A stretch of DNA of 32,000 bases, taken from an uncultured Planctomycetia bacterium (GTDB taxonomy: Bacteria > Omnitrophota > Gorgyraeia > Duberdicusellales > 4484-171). Positions 15,998-24,440 of the stretch are shown piece by piece (position 1 is the stretch's first letter; every line of letters starts with the position of its first letter). The notes under the pieces are model-generated. The model was not told where the DNA came from, searched no databases, and was given only the letters and a program-made list of their open reading frames with translations. The position numbers and the translations under genes were made by a program. The stretch spans positions 180,001 to 212,000 of the forward strand of contig CAZHYN010000001.1 of NCBI GenBank assembly GCA_964536865.1, read 5' to 3'.

Positions 15998-16002
15998 TAG
16001 AT

Positions 16003-16692
16003 ATGAATAAAGTAAAGATATTAACCTTAGCGATAACAGCTAATTTGTTATTCTTTGGGACTAGTTTAGCTCAGTCTTCTCAAGAAATTTCTTCTCCTCC
16101 AGAGGTAGATTTGAAATCATTTCCTGAGGAAGGCCATCTCTATCTTGATTCTAAAGAAGTAACTTCCGATGTTATCTTTGAAAGCTTACCTAAAGATGAT
16201 AAAGAGGCTCTTTTGTCTCTTAAGAAGAAAGATCCTGATGAGTTTGGTAAGGTTATAAAGGAGAAATTGAAAAAGCAGAAAGAGTATTTAAAGAGATTAA
16301 GGAGGGAAGATCCAGAAAAGTTCAATGAGATAGTTAGGAAAGCAAGGAAGAAAATTAGGAAAAGACTTCAACGACTGAGAGAGGCCAACCCGGAGAAATT
16401 TAGAGAACTGATGAGAAAAAGAGCATTTATAAGAAGAAAAAGGTTAAGAGAATTATGTAGGGAGAATCCTGAGAAATGTAAAGAAGTAATAGCGAGAAGG
16501 AGAGAGGTTCTCAGGAAGAGACTTCAGGAGCTTAAACAAGAAGATCCTCAAAGATATGAGAAGATGAAGGATAGATTGAAGAAGTTAAGAGAGAGAAAAG
16601 CTCATTGGGGTTGGGAGAGAGGTAAACACAAAGGTTGGTTTAATCCTCGTAATCCTAAAAGAGGGAGAGCTCCTCATCACTTTGGAAGATAG
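16003..16692 (+). CDS. secreted, highly charged helical-repeat protein (five 26-aa DPEKF-type repeats), unknown function
   Basis: 229-aa ORF with AAGGAGG 5 nt upstream. Sec-type signal peptide MNKVKILTLAITANLLFFGTSLA/QS. Repeats: KDPDEF..., EDPEKF..., ANPEKF..., ENPEKC..., EDPQRY.... The C-terminal tail is rich in Trp, His and Gly (HWGWERGKHKGWFNPRNPKRGRAPHHFGR). Confidence 0.8.
   Translation: MNKVKILTLAITANLLFFGTSLAQSSQEISSPPEVDLKSFPEEGHLYLDSKEVTSDVIFESLPKDDKEALLSLKKKDPDEFGKVIKEKLKKQKEYLKRLRREDPEKFNEIVRKARKKIRKRLQRLREANPEKFRELMRKRAFIRRKRLRELCRENPEKCKEVIARRREVLRKRLQELKQEDPQRYEKMKDRLKKLRERKAHWGWERGKHKGWFNPRNPKRGRAPHHFGR
16231..16620 (+). repeat. in-frame tandem coding repeat, 5 x 78 nt
   Basis: The (D/N)P(D/E/Q)(E/K/R)(F/C/Y) codon blocks start at 16231, 16309, 16387, 16465 and 16543, exactly 78 nt (26 codons) apart. 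Each is followed by a K/R-rich ...RKRLQ(R/E)L(R/K) segment. Confidence 0.8.
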
Positions 16693-16763
16693 GCGATTAA
16701 TAGCCTGTCTCTTTCATTATCAAGGAATTGACGCTCTTTGATTCAAGAGATAAAATAGCCGAG

Positions 16764-17303
16764 ATGATACTCTCTAAGGAAGAATTAGTCTCCAACTTAA
16801 TAGAAAAATTTTTAGAAGGAGATAAATCTTGCTTTGTAAAAATTTTAAAACTAATATCTTCGGATGTAATAAACTTAGCTTACTGTTATACTCACAACTT
16901 AGAAGATGCTAAGGATATTTTTCAAGAAGTATCTATTAAAATATTTAAATACCTCAAATTCTTTAAGAAAAAAGCAAAGTTTACTACTTGGGTATATAGA
17001 ATTGCGGTAAATACCTGTATAGATTTTTTAAGGAAAAAGAAAAAGACTATGGTGATGAAAGAAGAGATTATGAAAGATGAAAATTTCTCTCGTGAAGAGT
17101 TAGAGAATAGAGAGAGGTTAAAGATGATCAGAGAAACTTTAAATAACCTCCCTCCTAAGGCTAAGACTGTATTTATCTTAAGACATTATCAGGGGCTTAA
17201 GATTGTAGAGATTAGCAGAATTTTAGGTTGCTCGGAAAGTAGCGTAAAGACGCACTTAGTCCGAGCGATAGCAATAATTAGAAAAAATTTGGAGGAAAGA
17301 TGA
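16764..17303 (+). CDS. ECF-family RNA polymerase sigma-70 factor
   Basis: Region 2 (DAKDIFQEVSIKIFKY...FTTWVYRIAVNTCIDFLRK) and the region 4.2 HTH (RHYQGLKIVEISRILGCSESSVKTHLVRA). I prefer the ATG at 16764. The ORF track's in-frame TTG at 16728 is the alternative. Confidence 0.85.
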   Translation: MILSKEELVSNLIEKFLEGDKSCFVKILKLISSDVINLAYCYTHNLEDAKDIFQEVSIKIFKYLKFFKKKAKFTTWVYRIAVNTCIDFLRKKKKTMVMKEEIMKDENFSREELENRERLKMIRETLNNLPPKAKTVFILRHYQGLKIVEISRILGCSESSVKTHLVRAIAIIRKNLEER

Positions 17304-17824
17304 AACATTTATCATTAAAAGATTTAGCTTCCCTCTGTTATGTCGATTCTGATACTCAAGTCAATTCTAAACTAGTGCATCATCTTAGAGTGTGTCCAAA
17401 GTGTTTAAAAGAGTACCAAAAACTCAAAACTTTACTCTCTGATTTAACTGTTAAACTGCCGCAGATAAAAGAAGAGGAAGTAGAAAAACTGATAGAGAAA
17501 GTTAAAGAGAAAATCCTGGAGCCTAATTTTTTAGAAAGAGTAAAATATAGATGGGATTACTTAATCGTCCATTTAAGATGGAGGTTAGCTCCCCAACTTT
17601 TAATTGCCACTGTAGCTGTTATATTAGCTTTGATTATTCTTCCTTGGTGGAGGAGCTACAATATAGATAGAGAGTTTAATATTCTTCGGTTAGAAGCAGA
17701 ACTTTCCTTAGAGGATTTAAATAATATCTCCCCCTTTGATTTCTGGGAGGATACTATAAATTCTGATAATTTTCTACCGTCCACTCCTCAAAACAACTTC
17801 GGTCGAGCTCATAAAGAAACATAG
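17300..17824 (+). CDS. zinc-finger (ZAS, zf-HC2) transmembrane anti-sigma factor
   Basis: Its start overlaps the sigma gene stop (ATGA). An Hx3Cx2C motif (HLRVCPKC) lies near the N-terminus. There is a single TM helix, LLIATVAVILALIILPWW. This is the typical position directly downstream of an ECF sigma gene. Confidence 0.8.
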   Translation: MKHLSLKDLASLCYVDSDTQVNSKLVHHLRVCPKCLKEYQKLKTLLSDLTVKLPQIKEEEVEKLIEKVKEKILEPNFLERVKYRWDYLIVHLRWRLAPQLLIATVAVILALIILPWWRSYNIDREFNILRLEAELSLEDLNNISPFDFWEDTINSDNFLPSTPQNNFGRAHKET

Positions 17825-19709
17825 AGGCTCTAGAGATTATTAAGCCATTTTTTAGAGTGTAGCGATGCTGAGGATAAACAATATAAAGTTCTTCTTTACT
17901 CCGCGTAGTAGCTACATAAAAAAGTCTTCTTTCTTCCTCTAAAGCCTCAGAGTTATTTAAAGCTTTAGGATGTGGAAACTCATAGTCACAGAATCCAATT
18001 ATAAATACTATTTCCCACTCTAATCCCTTGGCTTGATGAATGGTAGAGAGGATCAATAAATCTTCTTTACTGTAACCAGAAAGGAGAGTTTCTCCCTTAA
18101 ACTCTTCATAAGAGCTTACTTCATATAAAAATCTTCTTATAGTGGGATAGTTTTTTGCCATCTTAGCTAATTCTTCTAAATCTAAAATTCTATCCTCAGG
18201 ATTATCAAAGGAGAGGTAACAGTAATCTTTATAACTCGATATAATTTCCCTTATAGCTTTTTCGCATCCTGAAGTCTTCTTTATTTTCCTGATTAAGTTC
18301 ATAAATTCTTTGAATCCTTCCTTCTGTCTAGCAGGTAGTTTTTTATAGATTTTTTCTATATCCATTCTTTCAGTAATAAGATCTTTCCATATTTTATTAG
18401 CAAATCCTCTCCCAATTCCTTTATGGAGAGATACTGCCCTTTTAAAAGAGAGTTCATCTTTAGGATTAGCTACAAACTTTAGGTAAGAGAGGATATCCTT
18501 TATATGAGCTTGCTCAAAGAATCTTAATCCCCCTCTTACTAAATAGGGGATATTTCTTTTCATCAGCTCCACTTCTAATTCCAATGCTTGATACCGAGAT
18601 CTAAAGAGAACCGCTATTTCCTTTAGAGGAATTCCTTCTCCTACTATTTCTAAAATTCTTTGTGAGACAAAACGGGCCTGCATGTATACATCTTCAGTTT
18701 TCACTACAACAGGAATCTTGCCTTTACTTTTGATTGCTCTTAATTGCTTGGGAAATTGATTGATATTATGTTTTATAATATTGTTAGCTAAGTTGAGGAT
18801 GGGAGGGCGAGAGCGATAGTTTATCTCCAATTTGAATATTTTAGTTCCTTTAAAGGTAGTGGGAAAATCTAGAAGATTGTTTATTTCCGCTCCTCGAAAG
18901 GAGTATATCGATTGAGCATCATCCCCTACTACCAGTATATTTCTATGGTGGCTAGAGATCTTTTCTAGAATTTTAAATTGAATGCGATTGGTATCCTGAT
19001 ACTCATCCACAAGAATATATTGAAATATTCGAGAGTATCTGTTTCTTATTTCTTCTATTTTTAAAAGGTTTAACCAATTAAGAAGCAGGTCATCGAAGTC
19101 CATAATATTTGCTTCTTTCTTTTTCCTGTTATAGAAGTCCAAGAGTCTCTTTATCTGAGGAATAAACTCTTCAATATGAGGATAGAAATTTAACACGATT
19201 TCCTCTATTTCTTTTAAGGAGTTAACCGCTAAGGACCAGATATGAGAAATGATATCCTTTTTAGGAAAAAGTTTTTTCTCTGATAATTTTAATTCTTCGA
19301 TACAATCATCAATTAGATCTTTGGAATCTTCCTTGTCAATGATAGTGAAGTTAGATGAATAGCCTAAGTTGGAAGCCTCTTTCCTTAAAATAATATTTCC
19401 TATATGATGGAAAGTGCCTGCCCACAGATTAGTTAGATTTCTCTTCAAGAGGCTCTCAGCTCTATGAATCATTTCTGCTGCCGCTTTGTTGGTGAAGGTT
19501 ACTAAGAGGATATTTCTAGGGTTTATACCTTTCTCTAAGAGGTAGGCTAACCTGTAGATTAAGACTCTGGTTTTACCACTCCCTGCACCAGCCAGTACCA
19601 AAGAGGGACCATCTGCCTTTTCTACAACTTCAAGTTGTTGAGGATTTAAATTTTCTTTATAGTTAATAATATTTTTTGCATTGAAAGATTTCAGTCTATA
19701 TCTTTTCAC
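17754..19709 (-). CDS. UvrD/PcrA/Rep-family (SF1A) ATP-dependent DNA helicase
   Basis: 651-aa ORF. Motif I AGAGSGKTRVL, motif II VDEYQDTN, and also TFTNKAAAEM, VGDDAQSIYSFRGA, TIHQAKGLEW and YVATTRSKEEL. Confidence 0.9.
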   Translation of the reverse strand: MKRYRLKSFNAKNIINYKENLNPQQLEVVEKADGPSLVLAGAGSGKTRVLIYRLAYLLEKGINPRNILLVTFTNKAAAEMIHRAESLLKRNLTNLWAGTFHHIGNIILRKEASNLGYSSNFTIIDKEDSKDLIDDCIEELKLSEKKLFPKKDIISHIWSLAVNSLKEIEEIVLNFYPHIEEFIPQIKRLLDFYNRKKKEANIMDFDDLLLNWLNLLKIEEIRNRYSRIFQYILVDEYQDTNRIQFKILEKISSHHRNILVVGDDAQSIYSFRGAEINNLLDFPTTFKGTKIFKLEINYRSRPPILNLANNIIKHNINQFPKQLRAIKSKGKIPVVVKTEDVYMQARFVSQRILEIVGEGIPLKEIAVLFRSRYQALELEVELMKRNIPYLVRGGLRFFEQAHIKDILSYLKFVANPKDELSFKRAVSLHKGIGRGFANKIWKDLITERMDIEKIYKKLPARQKEGFKEFMNLIRKIKKTSGCEKAIREIISSYKDYCYLSFDNPEDRILDLEELAKMAKNYPTIRRFLYEVSSYEEFKGETLLSGYSKEDLLILSTIHQAKGLEWEIVFIIGFCDYEFPHPKALNNSEALEEERRLFYVATTRSKEELYIVYPQHRYTLKNGLIISRASMFLYELDRSCFEEWTVENYQNL

Positions 19710-20442
19710 TTTTTAGTAACTCCTTGAGTTGTAATGCATTTTTTATCGCAAAGCCGTATGCATCGTTGTTAAAGAAAACGAATACTTTCTTTATTTTAAA
19801 TAGATATTTTTTTATTTTTCTTACCCACTCCTTTAACTCGAGAAGTGAGTATTCCGAACCATAGAGAACTTTTCCCCCATGGAACCTCAAATATAAAAAA
19901 TCCGAAGTTATAATTTCTTTAAGAGGATAGTTAGGGGAATCAGGGAAACAAAGATTAAAATTATTCTCTTTAAGGATTTTATAGGTTAGATTATTGAACC
20001 AAGTTTTATTCCTAAACTCAAAGCTGTGTAGACACCAGCTGTAATTTTCTCTAAGAATATTAGCAAATTTTTCTAAGCGCCCGCAGTCAAACTTCAAAGA
20101 TGGAGGGAGTTGCCACAGCACACATATTAACTTTTCTTTTAAGAGGGAAGCACTATCAAAGAAAACTTTAAGAGGATGCTGGCAATCCGATAATCTTTTT
20201 ATGTGAGTTATAAACCTCGATCCTTTAAGTACAAACTTAAAATTATGAGGAGTTTTTCTATACCAGGCCTGAAACGTTCTCTTTTGAGGAAGACGATAGA
20301 AAGTTACATTTAACTCCACACTATTAAAGTATCGAACATAGAACTCCAGCCACTCTTTAGGATTAAGGTTGGCAGGGTAGAATACTTCTCGCCAGTGTGG
20401 ATAGTTATATCCACTCGTGCCTACAAATATTTGTTTTTTCAT
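19696..20442 (-). CDS. DUF72 (UPF0759/YecE-like) family protein
   Basis: 248-aa ORF. N-terminal IFVGTSGYNYPHWREVFYP and FNSVELNVTFYRLP are characteristic DUF72 blocks. It overlaps the helicase start by 14 nt. Confidence 0.85.
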   Translation of the reverse strand: MKKQIFVGTSGYNYPHWREVFYPANLNPKEWLEFYVRYFNSVELNVTFYRLPQKRTFQAWYRKTPHNFKFVLKGSRFITHIKRLSDCQHPLKVFFDSASLLKEKLICVLWQLPPSLKFDCGRLEKFANILRENYSWCLHSFEFRNKTWFNNLTYKILKENNFNLCFPDSPNYPLKEIITSDFLYLRFHGGKVLYGSEYSLLELKEWVRKIKKYLFKIKKVFVFFNNDAYGFAIKNALQLKELLKSEKI

Positions 20443-20500
20443 CTTTGCTATTTTACCATAGGTATATTTGTTTTAAAAGGAGGGGGTAAATTTCTAGTTT

Positions 20501-20890
20501 TTAAGTGTCAATACACTTAATGAGAGATTGTATAGCTTTTTTATCTTCCTTCTTTATTTGCCAAAATTTTATACCTACTTCAAATAAAGAATTATTTTTA
20601 TAAAGTAGTTCTTTTTGTTCTACCCATACCACTTTACCCTTACAAATGATGGGATGATTTTTTACTGCATAAATCTCTAGGTTCACAAGAGAATGGTTTG
20701 TTAGTTTCTTATGAATGACTACTCTCACTCCTCCCGCACCAATATCTTCAGTATACCCATAGATTAGTGTTTTAGAAGCAGTTATAGTAATTTGACAGGG
20801 AAGTTTTATCCTTGCGAATTGTCTTTTTTCTCCTTTTAGAGTGTTCATATACTCATTTAAAATATAACATATAAACCGTTCTGTTTTCAA
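20501..20890 (-). CDS. single-domain PilZ protein (c-di-GMP receptor candidate)
   Basis: RxxxR (RQFAR) followed by D-x-(S/G)-x-x-G (DIGAGG), then the beta-barrel-like remainder. The TTG start at 20890 is preceded by GGGGTGA. The in-frame ATG at 20848 is the alternative. Confidence 0.75.
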   Translation of the reverse strand: MKTERFICYILNEYMNTLKGEKRQFARIKLPCQITITASKTLIYGYTEDIGAGGVRVVIHKKLTNHSLVNLEIYAVKNHPIICKGKVVWVEQKELLYKNNSLFEVGIKFWQIKKEDKKAIQSLIKCIDT

Positions 20891-20910
20891 ATCACCCCAA
20901 AAATTTTATT

Positions 20911-20938
20911 TTGATGAGGAAATAAGTTCTGATAAAAT
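20911..20938 (+). promoter_or_regulatory. candidate sigma70 promoter giving a leaderless comM transcript
   Basis: TTGATG (20911-20916), 16-nt spacer, TAAAAT (20933-20938), then exactly 6 nt to the ATG at 20945. No Shine-Dalgarno motif. Confidence 0.45.
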
Positions 20939-20944
20939 TGAAAT

Positions 20945-22474
20945 ATGGTTTCTAAAGTTTACTCTTTAGCTTACCAAGGGTTAGAGGTTTACCCCATAGA
21001 GGTAGAGGTGGATATTCATCGAGGGCTTCCTGCTATTTCCTTAGTAGGTCTTCTAGATACTGCGGTAAAGGAGAGTAAAGATAGAGTACGGGCAGGAATA
21101 AAAAATAGTGGCTACCAGTTTCCTTCTCAAAGAGTAACTATAAGTTTAGCACCGGGTAATGTAAAAAAGGAAGGTACCCACTTTGATCTTGCTATTGCTT
21201 TAGGGATTCTTAAGGCTACCTCTCAAATAGATTGCGATTTCTCTTCTTACTTTATCGTAGGAGAGCTTTCTTTAGAGGGAAGAATAAGAGAAGTTAAAGG
21301 TATCTTCCCTATGGCTCTTATGGCTAAGAAGTTAGGGAAAAAACTCATTCTTCCCTTACCTAATGCTAAAGAGGCCGCTTTAGCTAAAGATTTAGAAATT
21401 TTCCCTGTTTCTTACTTACAAGAAGTCGTAGGTTTTCTCTCGGGAGTAATAAATAAACAGCCTTTTCGAATAGATTTAAAAGAAATTCTCTCTACTCTTC
21501 CCAACTATGATGTAGATTTCAGTGATGTTAAAGGACAGGTGTTAGCTAAGAGAGCCTTAGAAGTTGCCGTAGCCGGAATGCATAATGTTCTTTTAATTGG
21601 ACCTCCTGGAGTAGGCAAGACCATGCTTGCAAAAAGACTTCCTACTATATTACCAGATATGGAGTATGAGGAAATTTTAGAAACTACCAAAATCTACAGT
21701 ATAGCAGGTCTTCTTAATAAAGATTTTCCTTTAGTAAAAGAGAGACCATTTAGGAGCCCTCATCATACTGCTTCTAGTGTAGCTTTGGTAGGAGGAGGGA
21801 CAACTATAAAACCAGGAGAAGTTACTTTAGCTCATAATGGAGTTCTATTCTTAGATGAGCTTCCCGAATTTAACCGTGATGCCTTAGAGGGACTAAGACA
21901 GCCATTAGAAGACGGATTTGTAAGTATATCTCGGGCGGCTAGACACTTAAGGTTTCCGTCCCGTTTCTTGTTAGTTACTGCTATGAATCCTTGTCCCTGT
22001 GGATATTTTGGGTCTCAGGAGAGAACTTGCCATTGTTCCAGCTATCAGATTCAGAAGTATAGGAACAAAATTTCTGGCCCCCTCCTTGACAGAATAGATA
22101 TTCATGTAGAGTTACAAAATATAAAAGTAGATAGCCTGCTTAAGGAGAATATCTCTTGGGAGAGTTCCCAGGATATAAAGAGAAGAGTAGAGATAGCTAG
22201 AGGGATTCAAAAGGAAAGATTTAAAAATGAAAGAAATCTCTTTAATTCTCAGATGAATCATCGACAGATTAAAAAATACTGCACCTTAACTAAAGGCTCA
22301 AAATCTCTTATTGAAATTGCTATGAAAGAATTTGGATTCAGTGTGAGAGCTTACGACAAGATACTGAAAGTCTCTCGCACCATTGCTGATTTAGCTAACT
22401 CTTCATTAATAGAAGAAGAACACATCTCTCAAGCTATCAATTATCGGAGTTTGGATAAAAGTATATGGGTGTAG
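20945..22474 (+). CDS. comM: YifB/ComM-family Mg-chelatase-like AAA+ ATPase
   Basis: 509-aa ORF. N-terminal Lon-protease-like domain (GLEVYPIEVEVDIHRGLPAISLVGL), Walker A GPPGVGKTM, GVLFLDELPEF, and the cysteine cluster NPCPCGYFGSQERTCHC. Confidence 0.92.
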   Translation: MVSKVYSLAYQGLEVYPIEVEVDIHRGLPAISLVGLLDTAVKESKDRVRAGIKNSGYQFPSQRVTISLAPGNVKKEGTHFDLAIALGILKATSQIDCDFSSYFIVGELSLEGRIREVKGIFPMALMAKKLGKKLILPLPNAKEAALAKDLEIFPVSYLQEVVGFLSGVINKQPFRIDLKEILSTLPNYDVDFSDVKGQVLAKRALEVAVAGMHNVLLIGPPGVGKTMLAKRLPTILPDMEYEEILETTKIYSIAGLLNKDFPLVKERPFRSPHHTASSVALVGGGTTIKPGEVTLAHNGVLFLDELPEFNRDALEGLRQPLEDGFVSISRAARHLRFPSRFLLVTAMNPCPCGYFGSQERTCHCSSYQIQKYRNKISGPLLDRIDIHVELQNIKVDSLLKENISWESSQDIKRRVEIARGIQKERFKNERNLFNSQMNHRQIKKYCTLTKGSKSLIEIAMKEFGFSVRAYDKILKVSRTIADLANSSLIEEEHISQAINYRSLDKSIWV

Positions 22475-22476
22475 GT

Positions 22477-22869
22477 TTACTCCTCTTTCTGAAGTTTTTT
22501 ATGCCTTCTTAATACCGACTCTAGCAGAGCCAACCCTTCTTCTAAGGTTCTCCCTTTGTAAAATACACCAGAGATGTGGTAAGGTTCTGCCTCCTTCATC
22601 TTTATAGGGTCTATATAAGCACTTACAATTATAGCAGGAAGGTTTTTATTGAATTCTCTGATTTTTTTGAGGGTTTGAATTCCATCCATTCCAGGTATAT
22701 TTAAATCCAAAAATATAATGTCAGGGTTTTCTTCCTTCACTTTCTGGATAGCTTCTTCGCCACTGGTAGCGGTAACGGTAGAGTAACCCTTTGACTGAAA
22801 CCAAAATGCCATAGGTTGAAGAAAATCTGCTTCGTCGTCCACCAAAAGGATTTTAATTTCTTTTTCCAT
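22477..22869 (-). CDS. stand-alone response-regulator receiver protein (CheY-like, no output domain)
   Basis: KILLVDDE, the phospho-acceptor context IIFLDLNIPGMDG, and SAY...K. I prefer the ATG at 22869 because GGAGG lies 5 nt upstream. The ORF track start at 22881 lies inside that Shine-Dalgarno site and is the alternative. Confidence 0.88.
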   Translation of the reverse strand: MEKEIKILLVDDEADFLQPMAFWFQSKGYSTVTATSGEEAIQKVKEENPDIIFLDLNIPGMDGIQTLKKIREFNKNLPAIIVSAYIDPIKMKEAEPYHISGVFYKGRTLEEGLALLESVLRRHKKLQKEE

Positions 22870-22870
22870 A

Positions 22871-24307
22871 TCAACCTCCATGTCTTTGTCGTTTTAAAGG
22901 AATAGTAAAAGTAAATTTAGCTCCCTCACCCTTCTCACTCTCCGCCCATATTCTTCCTCCGTGGAGATTTACAATTTCTTTAGCAATAGAGAGTCCCAAA
23001 CCTGTACCAGTTATATCGGTAGGAGAACGTTCACTCCCTTGATAGAATTTATCAAAAATCTTAGGTAAGTCCTCTTTAGCTATACCTACACCAGTATCTT
23101 TTACACTGACTTCTATTTCTCTTTTATCCTTAGTCACATTAGCCTCTACAGTAACAGTTCCTCCCGAAGGAGTAAATTTGATAGCATTCCCTATAAGATT
23201 ATTAAGCACCTGTGCAATTCTCTGAGGATCAATCTCTACTTGGGGGAGTCCAGAGCTAATATTTTTCTCAATCTTGATAGATTTTGTATTTGCCCACCCC
23301 CTAAATGATTCTAAGGATTCATCGATTACCTTGTCTATATGGGAGAGTTCAAATTGCATCCGCATCTTCCCCGCTTCTAGCTTGGACAAATCTAAGAGGT
23401 CGTTAATTAATGTACTGAGCCTTTTGAGATTACGGTCTGCAATAGAAAGGAATTGTTGTTGGGTTTCATTCAAAGGGCCTGTACTCTTATTGAGGAGAAG
23501 GGAGATAGCTTTCTCAATTGCCACTAAGGGGGTTCTTAACTCGTGAGATACGCTGGCAATAAAGTTAGATTTCATCCTGTCTAGTTCTTTTTGCTTAGTA
23601 ATATCAGTAAGTACAGAAACCATTCCTACTGTTTGACCATTTTCGTTTTCTATGATTGCAGTACTTGCTCTTACTACTTTTTTTGTATCATCGGAGGCGC
23701 TCACCAACTCTATCTCTTTTTCTTTGCCCTCCGGAGTCCCTTTAACTAAGGATACCAGTTGAGTCTCTGATAGGTTTTCTAACAGAGGTTTACCTATCTT
23801 CTCTTTGGTAGAAGCTTCCAAAAGTTTTTCAGCAGCAGGATTCATCATAATGATCTTACCGTGTTTATCTATCACCACTAGGCCTTCAGCAATACTTCTT
23901 ATCACTGCTTCGGTATTTTTCTTCTCTGCAGATATTTTCCTGTATTTCTGTAAGGCTATTTCTTCATTACGTTCCTTTTCTTTAATAATTAACTCGTACT
24001 TCTTAGTTAATTGCTCCGTACTCATACTCACTCTTTTTTCTACCTCCTGATTGAGAATCTGAGAGAGTCTTTTACTTAATCTTTTTCCTTCTTCTTCAGA
24101 GTCTACTACGTTTCCTATCTCTTGGAATATCACTTTTCCTAATTCTTCTTCAGAAGAAAGGGTAGAAGGCGGTTTTCTCTTTCTCTGACTTAAACGAGTT
24201 TGTACTTTTGGTTGAGTAGTTAGTCCTGAGAGATAGATTAGTATTAAAGCAAAAATTATACTTACAACACCAGCAGTTATATATACACTTACAGGTAAAG
24301 GAGTCAT
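22871..24307 (-). CDS. membrane-anchored PAS-domain sensor histidine kinase
   Basis: 478-aa ORF. N-terminal TM helix, charged coiled-coil linker, PAS (IAEGLVVIDKHGKIIMMNPAAEKLL), H-box SHELRTPL, N-box NLIGNAIKFT, and the G1/G2 motifs DTGVGI and GTGLGLSI. Confidence 0.9.
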   Translation of the reverse strand: MTPLPVSVYITAGVVSIIFALILIYLSGLTTQPKVQTRLSQRKRKPPSTLSSEEELGKVIFQEIGNVVDSEEEGKRLSKRLSQILNQEVEKRVSMSTEQLTKKYELIIKEKERNEEIALQKYRKISAEKKNTEAVIRSIAEGLVVIDKHGKIIMMNPAAEKLLEASTKEKIGKPLLENLSETQLVSLVKGTPEGKEKEIELVSASDDTKKVVRASTAIIENENGQTVGMVSVLTDITKQKELDRMKSNFIASVSHELRTPLVAIEKAISLLLNKSTGPLNETQQQFLSIADRNLKRLSTLINDLLDLSKLEAGKMRMQFELSHIDKVIDESLESFRGWANTKSIKIEKNISSGLPQVEIDPQRIAQVLNNLIGNAIKFTPSGGTVTVEANVTKDKREIEVSVKDTGVGIAKEDLPKIFDKFYQGSERSPTDITGTGLGLSIAKEIVNLHGGRIWAESEKGEGAKFTFTIPLKRQRHGG

Positions 24308-24440
24308 CCACTTTTTAATTTAATTCTATAAAAATTCTATCGCCTAAAGTATACTTTTTCAATTATTTTTTACTTTCCTGAGATTTTATAGTATAATTTT
24401 CTGTGGCAAAATTAAAAGTTAGTAAGAAAAGGATTTATCC

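Noticed and set aside
16231-16620. A regular 78-nt periodicity, first considered as a possible CRISPR-like or non-coding tandem repeat
   Set aside because: The repeats are in frame inside a 229-aa ORF with a signal peptide and an SD site. They are conserved at the amino-acid level rather than the nucleotide level and have no spacer/repeat structure. This is a coding repeat.
24369-24397. Second promoter-like element TTTACT-N17-TATAAT upstream of the PAP2-like gene
   Set aside because: It is plausible but has a weaker -35 and would give a roughly 70-nt leader without an SD site. In AT-rich DNA such matches arise by chance. The proximal element with N6-ATG geometry is preferred, and this one is noted only as an alternative.
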